Below, piece by piece: positions 8,057 to 17,420 of a DNA stretch of 64,000 bases. The position numbers were made by a program, and so were the translations under genes. Origin of the DNA: a virus (lineage: Duplodnaviria; Caudoviricetes); IMG/VR virus record IMGVR_UViG_3300047160_004777, positions 15,007 through 79,006 of that record. One strand, given 5' to 3'. The notes below the pieces were generated by a model that ran no database searches, had not been told where the DNA came from, and saw only the letters and a list, made by a program, of their open reading frames with translations. Position 1 is the first letter of the stretch. Each line of letters starts with the position of its first letter.

Positions 8057-9988
8057 GTGCCGCTCCTGACCGATCTGCGCGAGACACTTAGGCTCCCATC
8101 GGCCGAGCCTCGCCAGCCGATGGCGCCATACAACCCGTTTTCGCCGTATCCGGGCGGGTCGATCTTCCCGCCGATGCCCGGCTCGCCCCCGCCGAGTCCG
8201 CCGATCCCGCCGCCAGGTTGGATGGGCGTGACTGCGCCGCAACCGGACAAGAACCTCAAGGGCGGTCGTCTCACGTGGGACGACATGAACTACTTCGGCG
8301 CGGGGATGCCGGTCATCCTTCCGCCGGACAGCATTTCCGAATCTTGGCGCAAGCTCGATCTCGACTCCGACCACATCCGCTTCATGAGTGTTCCGCAGCT
8401 CCTGCGCGTGCTCGCGGAGTCGAGCCCGGACGTGTCTCGCGCGCTTTGGGACTTCCTAAGGTTGACCAATCCGGGCTGGAGTGCGACGGCCTACATTCCG
8501 GGCACGCAGACGCCGATGCCGGCAGGGCAGAAGGTGGTCGATGACTATCTGCGTCGGTTGACCAAGCTGTACGGCTCGGTGGATGTGCCTATCGGCCGGA
8601 TGCACTTCGCCGCGTTCTTGCGGGGAGCCCTGTTCACGGAACTCGTTCTCGATGAGGACGCTCGCACGGCGATAGACCTCGCGGTGCCCGATCCGCTGTA
8701 TGCGCGCTTCAAGCAAGGGTGGGACCCGGTGCGGGGTCGAGTCTGGCTGCTCGGGCAGTTTCAGCTAGGGCAATGGGTCGATCTGTCCACGCGGGAAACC
8801 GTAGGCTACATCCCCATCGACCCCGCGCCGGCGAACCCGTACGGTCGGGCGCCGGCGACGCCCGCCATCTTTTCGTCGTTGTTCCTGCTTGGGCTACTGA
8901 TGGACTTGCGTCGCGTCGTTGCCCAGCAGGGCTATCCGCGCTACTGGCTGTCGATTGCGCTCGAACCGTTGAGGAAAACCACGCCGCCCTCAATTCAGCA
9001 AGACCCGCTCGCTTGGAAAGAGTGGGTAGACACGACCATCGGCGAGGTGCAGAAAGCCTACAGCGCGCTTCAGCCAGACGACGCGTTCGTGACGACGGAC
9101 GTGGTTACGGTGAACGCGCCCAAAGGTGCTATCTCGGCGGACGCTATTGCTGGCATCGACCCACTCATCCGTGCCCTCGAACGGCAGCTTGCTCGCGCTC
9201 TCAAGACGATGCCGCTGCTTATGGGTGTGATCGAGGGTCAATCCGAGGCTAACGCGAACCGCCAGTGGGAACTGCAAGCCGCTGGTATCAAAGCGATCCA
9301 GCATTTGTCCGAATCGCAACTTTCCGAGTGGTGCACGCTCGCGTGCGAGGCGCAGGGTATTGCCGCCGAGGTACGGTGGCAATTTGCCGAACTACGTGCG
9401 GCCGAGAAGTACCGCGACGCGATGACGGACGGTTTGCGTATCGACAACGCGACGAAACTCTGGATGATGGGGTTGATCAATCAAGAGACGTTCGCCGACA
9501 TGACTACGGGTAAGCCGGCCGATCAACCTGAACCGCGTCTACTGCCAACGACCGAGGCCCCATACATCTCCAGCACGACGACCGGCTCGCCAACGGCGTC
9601 CGGCGAGCCATCCAATCCCGGCTCGCCTGGTCGCCCGTCGCCTCGTCCGACCAAAGAAGAAGGCGAGACGGGCGGTGAGGCCGGCGAGACGGGGTCGAGC
9701 TTGAGCCGTATTCCGACTGGTCTCCGTTGGCCAGAGTTCCGATTCTGGCGCAACGGCAAGGCTGAGAAGAACGGCCATAGCCAGGGCGACTATCCGCTAC
9801 GTGTGCCCGGTATGCCATTGGCGTACATTCCCGTCGAGGTCACGTACGATGAAGGTGAGCGGCGGCGGATCACGCGGTTGTGGGACGAGAGTGTCCCGGA
9901 AGCAGCAGGACTACTCGACGCCCACGCACCCGCGCCTCCGTCGCCGCCCGAGGAATCCTGGACGCCTGCTCTGAAACAGGTAACGTAA
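8057..9988 (+). CDS. portal protein
   Basis: Follows terL; 643 aa; IPIDPAPANPYGRAP, LRRVVAQQGYPR and other portal-like segments; Pro-rich tails. Confidence 0.75.
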   Translation: MPLLTDLRETLRLPSAEPRQPMAPYNPFSPYPGGSIFPPMPGSPPPSPPIPPPGWMGVTAPQPDKNLKGGRLTWDDMNYFGAGMPVILPPDSISESWRKLDLDSDHIRFMSVPQLLRVLAESSPDVSRALWDFLRLTNPGWSATAYIPGTQTPMPAGQKVVDDYLRRLTKLYGSVDVPIGRMHFAAFLRGALFTELVLDEDARTAIDLAVPDPLYARFKQGWDPVRGRVWLLGQFQLGQWVDLSTRETVGYIPIDPAPANPYGRAPATPAIFSSLFLLGLLMDLRRVVAQQGYPRYWLSIALEPLRKTTPPSIQQDPLAWKEWVDTTIGEVQKAYSALQPDDAFVTTDVVTVNAPKGAISADAIAGIDPLIRALERQLARALKTMPLLMGVIEGQSEANANRQWELQAAGIKAIQHLSESQLSEWCTLACEAQGIAAEVRWQFAELRAAEKYRDAMTDGLRIDNATKLWMMGLINQETFADMTTGKPADQPEPRLLPTTEAPYISSTTTGSPTASGEPSNPGSPGRPSPRPTKEEGETGGEAGETGSSLSRIPTGLRWPEFRFWRNGKAEKNGHSQGDYPLRVPGMPLAYIPVEVTYDEGERRRITRLWDESVPEAAGLLDAHAPAPPSPPEESWTPALKQVT

Positions 9989-10167
9989 AGCCAGTCCCAA
10001 TCCAATGGGGTAGCAGTCCCGGTGGCGCAATTCAATGCAGGCCGGCCTTTCTACTAGGAGATTGGGATGCTCGCGACGGGTCTACTCTTTCCAGTTCCAG
10101 ATCACGCGAACGTACGTCGGCCATTTGCGTCCAAACTGCTGCTCAGAACAGTTAGGAGCACCAACTA

Positions 10168-10815
10168 ATGCCGGCCACAGTACAGGCGCAATACTTCGGC
10201 GCCAGTGCGACGCTGCCCGCCGGGGCCAACGCCGAAGGTGGCGCGACGTTCAACCGCGAGGACACGCTGACCGGCACGACACCCGTACCGATCCCTGTTG
10301 CGGCGGGCGTGAACTTTTCGTGGATCAAGCAATTTCAACTTGCGATCACCGCGACGAGCACGACCACGATGAGCAATCGCACTGTGCGTATCTCGGCCGG
10401 GTTCGCGACCGGGTTGGGAATGCATTGGAAAGCTGTCGCTCAAGCGAGCTACATAAATCAGACCTCGGCCTCCGGAGCACCGGCAGACACCACGGGTACG
10501 AATAACGCCGCCACCGCGCCCTCGACGTACACGGCGTTCACAACCTCTGCCGTGCAATACGACAACACGAGTCAGGCGACTTCGAGCACGGGCATTGGTA
10601 CGACGCAGCTTCTAGTGGTCTTGCTTGCCGTGGACGCCACGTACGCGGGTGGTCCGGGGTCGGCTAGCTTGGGAAACATCGTGCTGGGCTACGACGAAGC
10701 CCACCACCGCGACAAATTGGAACGGGACGCTGTAGCTTGGGGACGCGATCCGATTGGTACTTCGGCCCGGCCTGATCGGTGTTGCCGACGACGAGGACGC
10801 CGCGATAGTTGGTGA
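10168..10815 (+). CDS. virion structural protein (paralogue of 50786..51544) with a 37-aa atypical extension
   Basis: The N-terminus and the GYDEA end align with the 50786 gene, which ends AYDEF-stop; the sequence after YDEA is Arg/Cys-rich and out of composition. Confidence 0.65.
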   Translation: MPATVQAQYFGASATLPAGANAEGGATFNREDTLTGTTPVPIPVAAGVNFSWIKQFQLAITATSTTTMSNRTVRISAGFATGLGMHWKAVAQASYINQTSASGAPADTTGTNNAATAPSTYTAFTTSAVQYDNTSQATSSTGIGTTQLLVVLLAVDATYAGGPGSASLGNIVLGYDEAHHRDKLERDAVAWGRDPIGTSARPDRCCRRRGRRDSW

Positions 10816-10816
10816 T
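10702..10816 (+). other. structured intervening element A between the last GCC codon and TGA
   Basis: Homologous to 17262..17343 and 18441..18457; the ends pair (CACCA..CGCG / CGCG..TGGTG); removal gives GAA GCC TGA. Confidence 0.55.
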
Positions 10817-10861
10817 TGAGGCGAATGCGCGCGAGGCGTATGGTACGCAAGGAGCGATTCG

Positions 10862-11218
10862 ATGACTGATACACCCATCGGTCGGCCGACTGGCGGAAAG
10901 CCGATCAACCTTGCTCAGCTCCAGAGCGAACTGGCCACGGCAGGTATTACGGTCACGGGATTAGCCTTGGAAGGCGACTACATCGAGGAGTACGACGACA
11001 CGGGTCAGCTCACCGACTTCCCTGCTGCTCAACAGGCGACGGTAGATCAGGTCATCGCAGCACATGTCGCTATGCGGGACAAGAGTCTCGAAGAGTTGTC
11101 AACTGAGTTCAACGCCAACCCGACGGACATCGCTCGTCGGCAGGTGCTTATGGCTGAGTACGTCGGCCTGACGCCGATAGAGCAGGTGCCGATGACTGCG
11201 GCAGATATGGCGACCTGA
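10862..11218 (+). CDS. hypothetical virion-associated protein
   Basis: AAGGAG SD, ATG, coupled to the next gene; INLAQLQSELATAG motif. Confidence 0.65.
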   Translation: MTDTPIGRPTGGKPINLAQLQSELATAGITVTGLALEGDYIEEYDDTGQLTDFPAAQQATVDQVIAAHVAMRDKSLEELSTEFNANPTDIARRQVLMAEYVGLTPIEQVPMTAADMAT

Positions 11219-11505
11219 TGCCTACCATTCCTACGGCAACACCCATCTCGCTCCAGGCGCAACTCGCGAGTGGCGTCTGGCCGGCGCCGCCAGCTTGGAC
11301 TACGAGCGATCCGGACACCTCGACCATCTCTTTGGTGGATGGGTCCGGTCAGTTTCTCGCTACGGTGACCACGACGGCCGCGACCGTGGCGGGTACGCCG
11401 TTACATATTTCGATTGAGGCTGGCGCAATGCAGGGCAGCATCGACCTCGACGTGCAAGACGGAGCGGTCGCACCAGGCTCAGCATTGGTCGTGCCGGTCG
11501 CGTGA
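11218..11505 (+). CDS. hypothetical (Ig-like?) small protein
   Basis: TGATG overlap; beta-rich, WTTSDP..ISLV resembles Ig-like virion domains. Confidence 0.55.
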   Translation: MPTIPTATPISLQAQLASGVWPAPPAWTTSDPDTSTISLVDGSGQFLATVTTTAATVAGTPLHISIEAGAMQGSIDLDVQDGAVAPGSALVVPVA

Positions 11506-11900
11506 TCCAAGAACGGCCAGAGGTCCTCACTGTCCAGACGTGCCCGCAGTGTCAGGACATCTTCACCTGGCTGGCGGTCTACAAGGACGGTAGCGCGCTC
11601 TCGGAATGCTCGGGGAACGGGATACACGCCGCGTTCGCGCATATTGAGCAGGACCGGCTAGCGTCCATGATTCTGATTCCCTTGCGCGATGGCTACCCAC
11701 AGGTCGCCGTGGCGATGACAGACGAAACGATGCGACCCATCTTCTTTCGGCGGCGGCTGATCGAACTCAATATGGGCGGTGGCGACGGCGGACACAACAC
11801 GATCCACTGTTTGGGATGGCGCAAGCCAGGAATCGAGAGTTTCACCTTCATCTTTGAGGATGGCAGCATCGTGATCTCGGACGACAGGAACGCGGTCTGA
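11502..11900 (+). CDS. hypothetical protein
   Basis: GTGA overlap, plausible globular composition (CPQC..WLAVY..IFFRRR..HCLGW). Confidence 0.6.
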   Translation: MIQERPEVLTVQTCPQCQDIFTWLAVYKDGSALSECSGNGIHAAFAHIEQDRLASMILIPLRDGYPQVAVAMTDETMRPIFFRRRLIELNMGGGDGGHNTIHCLGWRKPGIESFTFIFEDGSIVISDDRNAV

Positions 11901-11918
11901 GGGAAGGAGGGTAGAGGT

Positions 11919-12038
11919 ATCCCTTTCGGTAGTGAATGCGAGTTCGCCGATTTTGATGCGTGCGTGCGTCACCACAAGGACAAGGACGATCCGGATGCCT
12001 ACTGCGCCGAGATCATGCGGAGCACAGAAGAGCATTGA
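11919..12038 (+). CDS. 39-aa micro-protein (PFG..FDACV..DAYCA motif), possible ATC start
   Basis: GGAGG at 11906-11910, 8 nt before ATC CCT TTC GGT; no canonical in-frame start after the TGA at 11898-11900. Confidence 0.4.
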   Translation: MPFGSECEFADFDACVRHHKDKDDPDAYCAEIMRSTEEH

Positions 12039-12068
12039 AAGGGACGTAGCAACGGTCTGTTGCTGAGC

Positions 12069-12767
12069 ATGAACGGCCACATCGAGACACGCGACCGCGA
12101 CTTTGGCGAGGCGCTGCGGCCGATTGGTCCCCGACCGTGGACGTGGGACGCGGCGAGCGCGGTCTATCTCGATGCGAACGGCAACCCGCTACCGCCGGCC
12201 GACCTGCGCGGCCTCATGGCTCGTTTCCTCGAAGTCCAACGCCAACGCGCCGAACAAGCGACAGGACAGATGGTGTCGAACCAGATCACGGTTCCCGAAT
12301 GGGAAACGGAGATGCGGGCGATTATCAAGGACGCCTATGGCGCGTCCTATATGCTCGGTCGCGGCGGTCGATATCAGATGACCACTCGCGATTGGGGCAA
12401 GCTCGGCCAGTCGGTCCGCGAGCAATTTCAGTACCTGAACCGTTTCGCGGCTTCGTTCGCAGCAGGCTCGGTATCAAACGCTCAAGCGCTGATGCGTTCG
12501 GACCTGTATCCGCTTTCGGCTCGCCAGGTGCAATCGCTCGGCTACAGCTACGCGATAGGTGCACCAGAGCTACCCGCGCATCCGGGTGACGGGTCTAGCG
12601 AATGTTTTGGGAATTGTGGGTGCGCGTGGGAGCTACAGCAGACGACGCTCGATGATAACCAGCCAGGATGGGAGTGCTGGTGGGAACGCGGCAAGACTGA
12701 TTCGTGCGAGACGTGTATTCGACGGGAGAACGAGTGGGCGCCGCTTAGGCTACGCGCGACTGGATGA
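12069..12767 (+). CDS. minor head / head morphogenesis protein (MuF/SPP1 gp7-like)
   Basis: EQFQYLNRFA and the C-terminal PAHPGDGSSECFGNCGCAW..CETC motif; position in the head module. Confidence 0.7.
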   Translation: MNGHIETRDRDFGEALRPIGPRPWTWDAASAVYLDANGNPLPPADLRGLMARFLEVQRQRAEQATGQMVSNQITVPEWETEMRAIIKDAYGASYMLGRGGRYQMTTRDWGKLGQSVREQFQYLNRFAASFAAGSVSNAQALMRSDLYPLSARQVQSLGYSYAIGAPELPAHPGDGSSECFGNCGCAWELQQTTLDDNQPGWECWWERGKTDSCETCIRRENEWAPLRLRATG

Positions 12768-12952
12768 TTCGCTCGGGCGAATCATCGGAGGACGAGACCA
12801 TGTTGATGAGCGATGACAACCCGAACGAGAAGTTCATGACGAAGATGCCGCATCACATGCCGACGCCGCCCAAGCAGTACAAGCCGAAACCTGTTCCGCC
12901 GCCCCAGAGCGTCAAAATGCCGGGGATACGAAGCAGTGGACGCAGGAAGTGA
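12764..12952 (+). CDS. small Pro/Lys-rich hypothetical protein
   Basis: ATGA overlap with the upstream stop; coupled to the next ORF. Confidence 0.35.
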   Translation: MIRSGESSEDETMLMSDDNPNEKFMTKMPHHMPTPPKQYKPKPVPPPQSVKMPGIRSSGRRK

Positions 12953-13179
12953 TCCTCGTGGCGCGGCCTACGGTCTGGCACGGAACAGAGGCCGAGTTGC
13001 GCGAACTCGAACGCGCCGCTCAACGAAATTGTCGGCAGCATGACAACCTACCATGTGACGAGCTATGCGCTCATAGGCTGCTCGGTAATCAGCGATACAT
13101 TGACGGACTCGTGTTTATGCGGCGCCTCCGCGAGCGTCTCGAATTCGGAGAACATGGACTCGCCGATAAAGTGTCCTGA
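12949..13179 (+). CDS. hypothetical protein
   Basis: GTGA overlap; C/H-containing 76-aa protein. Confidence 0.5.
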   Translation: MILVARPTVWHGTEAELRELERAAQRNCRQHDNLPCDELCAHRLLGNQRYIDGLVFMRRLRERLEFGEHGLADKVS

Positions 13180-13321
13180 GTGCAGCGAGTCGATGCAGCT
13201 CATCGGCGAGCGCGTGTATCGGTGTCCGAACGGCCACACGTTCCAGGCAAAAACTGCCCGAACGTTGCGCTACTCGCGCGGCCTGCGTCCGGTCGGGGCT
13301 CGTCGGAACCCACCTCGCTAG
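13154..13321 (+). CDS. zinc-ribbon protein
   Basis: GGAG SD and ATG; CPEC..CPNGH. Confidence 0.5.
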   Translation: MDSPIKCPECSESMQLIGERVYRCPNGHTFQAKTARTLRYSRGLRPVGARRNPPR

Positions 13322-13412
13322 GCCAAAAAGACCGGCAAACGGGCGAATCTGCGCCTCCGGTCATGCTAGGCTCCCGGTTCATTACATCGGTGGCTAGCTG
13401 ACGAGGTAACGA

Positions 13413-15494
13413 ATGATCGACACCGGCGACGACGACGTGTCCGTCGAAGCTATGGACGAAAGCGAGGATCGCCCCGTACCGCGTCCAGAGCAGCAACTGA
13501 TGTTGGCGCGGATGCAGTTGCTGGAAGGCACCAGAGCCCGTCGTCAACCCAAGGGACCGGACGAACTACCGGAAGAACTCCTCAACCAGATTCAAAATCC
13601 GGCTGTCCTCGACAATGGCCTGCCGTACATCAATACGGCGTGGGCTTCGACCAATCTTATCGACAGCTACCACACGCGCATGCGTGATTCGTCGTTGCGT
13701 AACTACGCCGACGACGCGACCAAGGGAATCTCGCTTCAGAACTCACATCGCGAGAATGAATTGCCCTTCGGCCGCACGTTTCTCGGTCGGTACAAGCCTG
13801 GCCGTGGCTCAAACCCAGCCAGGGCAGAGATGGACTTTTACATCCCGCCCAACTTGAACGTGAACGGCGTGAACTCGAACGACGTGATCCGCGCCATCGA
13901 CTACGGTACGGCGCGCGACGTAAGCATTGGGTTCTACGGTGGCGACTTGCGCTGCTCCATCGACGGCAAGCTGATGATGGGCGACTTGCTCAGCTTGCTC
14001 CTGTTCGGCGGTGATGACGATTCGGCCGACGTACGCGACCCGAACGCACCTTGTAACCACCTTCCCGGTTTGGAATATGGGGTGCGTGACCGGGAAGGGA
14101 AGCTGACAGGTGATCGCGCGGTCGCCATTGGGGAGGTTGATGGAGCGCACTGTGCTGAGTTGAGCATCGTGTTCGACGGGGCGACACCGATGGCGCAAAT
14201 CAGTGGTCGAGCGGTGCCGGTTCTGGCGAAAGCTCAGCGCATGTTGGAGATGGACGCCTTGTCGCCGACCACGGCGATGGCGTTGGAGAGGCGCTATAGG
14301 GGCGTGCGATTCCCGACACTTACGAATCGCAAGTTTTCGGTGTCGCACGCGAAGGTGCGCGATTCGGCGGGCAGTCCCCCTCCCAGTGAGCCAGCCGCCG
14401 AATCCGTGCCGGAGCCTGCGACGGAGGGACGACCGATGGTTGAGGAACGCGCGGAATGGAGCACGGCCTATAAGAACGATCTGCCGGACAGCGCGTTCGC
14501 CTACGTGGAGCCCGGCGGCAAGAAAGACGAGGACGGCAAGACGACACCGCGCAGTCTGCGTCACTACCCGCATCACGACAAGGATGGTTCGGTAGACGAG
14601 CCGCACTTGAAGAATGCGTTAGCTCGCGCGGCTCAAAATCCAGATAGTGGCAAGAAAGCCATGCCGCATTTGGAACGGCACGCCAAAGCAATGGGCATAG
14701 GAGATCGCGCAGTGAGCAATGGAGATCGCGCAGTAGTCGTAGACAGCGACGATGTTGACTTTCGAGATATGACCGATATGCCGGCCCATTTCAACAACGC
14801 TACGGGCGGCACGGCGAAAGCCAGCGGTGACTTCGGCACCGCTACAGGCAAGGGGGTGGGACCCGGCGCGGAGCCAGAAACGATCACCTTGGACCCGGAT
14901 CAGGTCAAGGCCGATGATCCGGACGACTATATCCCGAGGTCCAAGAGAGCGCCGAAGGCTCCCACCGACGAGAACCCCGATCCCGATGGCGATGGTGACG
15001 ACGACCGAACCCCGCAAGGTGACACGGACCACTCGCACTGGACACCAGATGGCAAACCCAAGTTTCAAAGGAGTCGAGTAGCTACCGTGGCCGATGATGC
15101 GCTTTCCGGGGTTCGTTCCGCTCTCGTGGCGGCTGGTCTAGCGCCCGAGGGCTTTGTGGGTGACGTATCGGTTCGCTTCGCGGAGATCAGCAAGGAAATG
15201 TCGGCGCTGCGCCGCTGGGCGGATGTTGGGCGAGAAGCGCGCGACAAGCTGGTCGAGGACTGCAAGAAGGCCGGCGTGCGAGCGTTCGGGACGAGTGGGT
15301 TTTCGGAGAAGGCGTATGGGCCAGTCCTGGCTCGCGGGAGCTACGAGGAACTCCAGGACTTGTTTGCGCACTTCGAGGAACAGGGCCACAAGCGGTTTAG
15401 TGGTGGGCGAGCGACGACCGATGCCGAGCCCGAGAAGGTGCCTGCCGAGACCAGCGCGAAGCGCCGCGTACCAGTCCAGGCTTACCGAGCCTGA
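13413..15494 (+). CDS. prohead protease / scaffolding fusion protein
   Basis: N-terminal protease-like region (DVSIGFYGG..ELSIVFDGATP), internal WSTAY.NDLPDSAFA..LRHYPHH..NALAR module, acidic linker, helical scaffold-like C-terminus; two genes upstream of the MCP. Confidence 0.7.
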   Translation: MIDTGDDDVSVEAMDESEDRPVPRPEQQLMLARMQLLEGTRARRQPKGPDELPEELLNQIQNPAVLDNGLPYINTAWASTNLIDSYHTRMRDSSLRNYADDATKGISLQNSHRENELPFGRTFLGRYKPGRGSNPARAEMDFYIPPNLNVNGVNSNDVIRAIDYGTARDVSIGFYGGDLRCSIDGKLMMGDLLSLLLFGGDDDSADVRDPNAPCNHLPGLEYGVRDREGKLTGDRAVAIGEVDGAHCAELSIVFDGATPMAQISGRAVPVLAKAQRMLEMDALSPTTAMALERRYRGVRFPTLTNRKFSVSHAKVRDSAGSPPPSEPAAESVPEPATEGRPMVEERAEWSTAYKNDLPDSAFAYVEPGGKKDEDGKTTPRSLRHYPHHDKDGSVDEPHLKNALARAAQNPDSGKKAMPHLERHAKAMGIGDRAVSNGDRAVVVDSDDVDFRDMTDMPAHFNNATGGTAKASGDFGTATGKGVGPGAEPETITLDPDQVKADDPDDYIPRSKRAPKAPTDENPDPDGDGDDDRTPQGDTDHSHWTPDGKPKFQRSRVATVADDALSGVRSALVAAGLAPEGFVGDVSVRFAEISKEMSALRRWADVGREARDKLVEDCKKAGVRAFGTSGFSEKAYGPVLARGSYEELQDLFAHFEEQGHKRFSGGRATTDAEPEKVPAETSAKRRVPVQAYRA

Positions 15495-15515
15495 GAACGA
15501 AAAGGAGAGTAAGGA

Positions 15516-15953
15516 ATGCCTGTTACTGGTCGCCAAGCAGTTGGCTTTGATGACATCCGCTTTGATGCGATCACCTTGTGGGCCGACAACTCGACCATTG
15601 TGTTCAACGTCACGCAGCCGGACGGTTCAGCGCAGGTCGGGTTCGCGGTCACGTACGGAGCTGGCACTGATGTAGTCAAGTTGTGCGTTGACGGCGATCC
15701 TGTCCTCGGCAGGTTGCTGAAGGTCGAGGCAGACGGCGCTTGCTCAATTCAGCACAAGGGCATGTGCCACCTGGCTGCTGGCAACGCGGCGACGATCACG
15801 CCGGGCATCAAGCTCGTCGGGGCACTAGGACCGGCGTCTGCGGCTGGCTACGTTCGCAATGCGAACTCGGCCACTGCTGCCGAGTTGGTCAAGATGGGAC
15901 CCATCGCCGTAGACAACTCGGACATGACGAACGTCATTGTGGACTTCCAGTAG
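15516..15953 (+). CDS. head decoration / capsid-associated protein
   Basis: 145-aa Gly/Ala-rich beta protein between the scaffold and MCP genes; strong SD. Confidence 0.65.
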   Translation: MPVTGRQAVGFDDIRFDAITLWADNSTIVFNVTQPDGSAQVGFAVTYGAGTDVVKLCVDGDPVLGRLLKVEADGACSIQHKGMCHLAAGNAATITPGIKLVGALGPASAAGYVRNANSATAAELVKMGPIAVDNSDMTNVIVDFQ

Positions 15954-15974
15954 TCGGTAGGAGGACGACAAATA

Positions 15975-17420
15975 ATGGCTATGGTTCTCTCGCCGGCGCT
16001 GCCGGAAATCCGCCGCCAGTCCCCGGAGGACACGATTCGGGCGCTGGGCACGAACGGGGCGAACTTGTATCGGATCGCCTACGACCACGGCATGAACGTG
16101 TCCCAATTCCTCGAAAATCAAGACCCGACCGCAGAGCGCGAGACAGAGGATCGCTCGCTGGATGCGTACGAGCGGCTCGTCCAGGCGACAGGGCTCGTGA
16201 TGACGCCGATCCCCGAGATTGGCCTTCGCGCCTCGACCTGGGAGGAATGTCTCGCGACTCCCGAGCGCCGAGCGCTGATGCCTGAGTTTATGTCGCGCGT
16301 CTGGCGTCGAGCGCACACGGTGGGCGGCCCGCCACTTCAGTCCGACGTGTGGAACGGTCAGATTCAGACCCGTGCCGTGCTGATGTCTGGAGACGTGGCG
16401 CCTGGTGCATTGGCTAACCCGTGGTACGACAATCCGGAAATTCGTGCGAAGCGGTTGGTTCCGCCGATTCCGCTCGAAAGGATCGTGGCCCGAACCACCG
16501 CTATCGACACGGACGCCTACCGTACGTTGTACGTAACGGACGACTACGGCAACGACTCGTACCGCATGAAGCGCATCGCTGAGGGTGCCGAGATTCCCTC
16601 GACGTACCTCATCACCGGCGAGCACACCTTGCGGCTCTACAAGTTTGGCCGGGCACTCCGGGCAACCTACGAGCAGTTGCGGCGCCAGCGGGTTGACCGC
16701 ATCGCCTTCGTCATCGCGCGTATGGCGATTCAGACCGAAATCGACAAGGTGAGCATCGGCATGAACACGCTCATCAACGGTGACGGTAACGCCAATACTG
16801 CGGCGGTGGTCCAGAACAACACCGCGCTCGACTCGGCAGCGGTCGCTGGTACCTTGACGCTGAAGGCATTCTTGGCCTTCCGCCTCAACTTCTCGCTGAC
16901 CTACCTGCCGGACATCATCCTGGCACAGCAGCCAGCGATGATGCAGCTCCTGGTCTTGCCGGTGGCTCAGGGTGTTCAGGTGCCGTTCGCGTTGCTGCCA
17001 GGTAACGCCTTCGGGACAATCCAGCCGATCTACAACCAGTTGAACTACGCGATTGAGTACGGCATTACCGCCGACGCTCCCGCGCTCAAGCTGGTCGCCT
17101 TCCAGTCCAACATCGCGTTGGAGCGCGTAACCGAAGTCGGCGGGAATGTTTCGGAGGTGGATCGCTTCATAAATAACCAGACTCAGCTTCTTACTATCAC
17201 TGAGGTTGAGGGGTACGGCGTGATCGACCCTAACGCGACACGCATACTCAACGTGAATGCCACGGCGTCATCGTCCCAAATGCAGAGAGATGCTGTCGTT
17301 ATGGCGAGTGATCCCGTGGGAACGTCTGAGAAGCGGGGTCGCCATTGCTTGAAGCGCGAAGCTAACGGCAAGAGTAGGTCGCGGCGCGGCGCGGACCACT
17401 CGAACGGGATCGACTTCTAG
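15975..17420 (+). CDS. major capsid protein (HK97 fold); likely true end at 17261 (ILNVNA)
   Basis: GGAGG SD; RMKRIAEGAEIP..LRLYKFGRALRATYEQLRR, QTEIDKV, ITEVEGYGVIDPNATRIL; the last 52 aa are atypical and derive from element B. Confidence 0.85.
   Translation: MAMVLSPALPEIRRQSPEDTIRALGTNGANLYRIAYDHGMNVSQFLENQDPTAERETEDRSLDAYERLVQATGLVMTPIPEIGLRASTWEECLATPERRALMPEFMSRVWRRAHTVGGPPLQSDVWNGQIQTRAVLMSGDVAPGALANPWYDNPEIRAKRLVPPIPLERIVARTTAIDTDAYRTLYVTDDYGNDSYRMKRIAEGAEIPSTYLITGEHTLRLYKFGRALRATYEQLRRQRVDRIAFVIARMAIQTEIDKVSIGMNTLINGDGNANTAAVVQNNTALDSAAVAGTLTLKAFLAFRLNFSLTYLPDIILAQQPAMMQLLVLPVAQGVQVPFALLPGNAFGTIQPIYNQLNYAIEYGITADAPALKLVAFQSNIALERVTEVGGNVSEVDRFINNQTQLLTITEVEGYGVIDPNATRILNVNATASSSQMQRDAVVMASDPVGTSEKRGRHCLKREANGKSRSRRGADHSNGIDF

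Noticed and set aside
10815-10835. HDV-like/theta ribozyme (GGCGAATG resembles J4/2)
   Set aside because: No matching P1/P2/P3 nested pseudoknot upstream, and no tRNA nearby
13322-13400. c-di-GMP-I riboswitch before the protease gene (GGCAAAC)
   Set aside because: It lacks the GAAA-capped P2 and the GCAAAG tetraloop receptor arrangement; only generic hairpins are present
14700-14735. Short direct repeat GGAGATCGCGCAGT x2
   Set aside because: In-frame duplication (GDRAV) within a disordered linker of the scaffold protein
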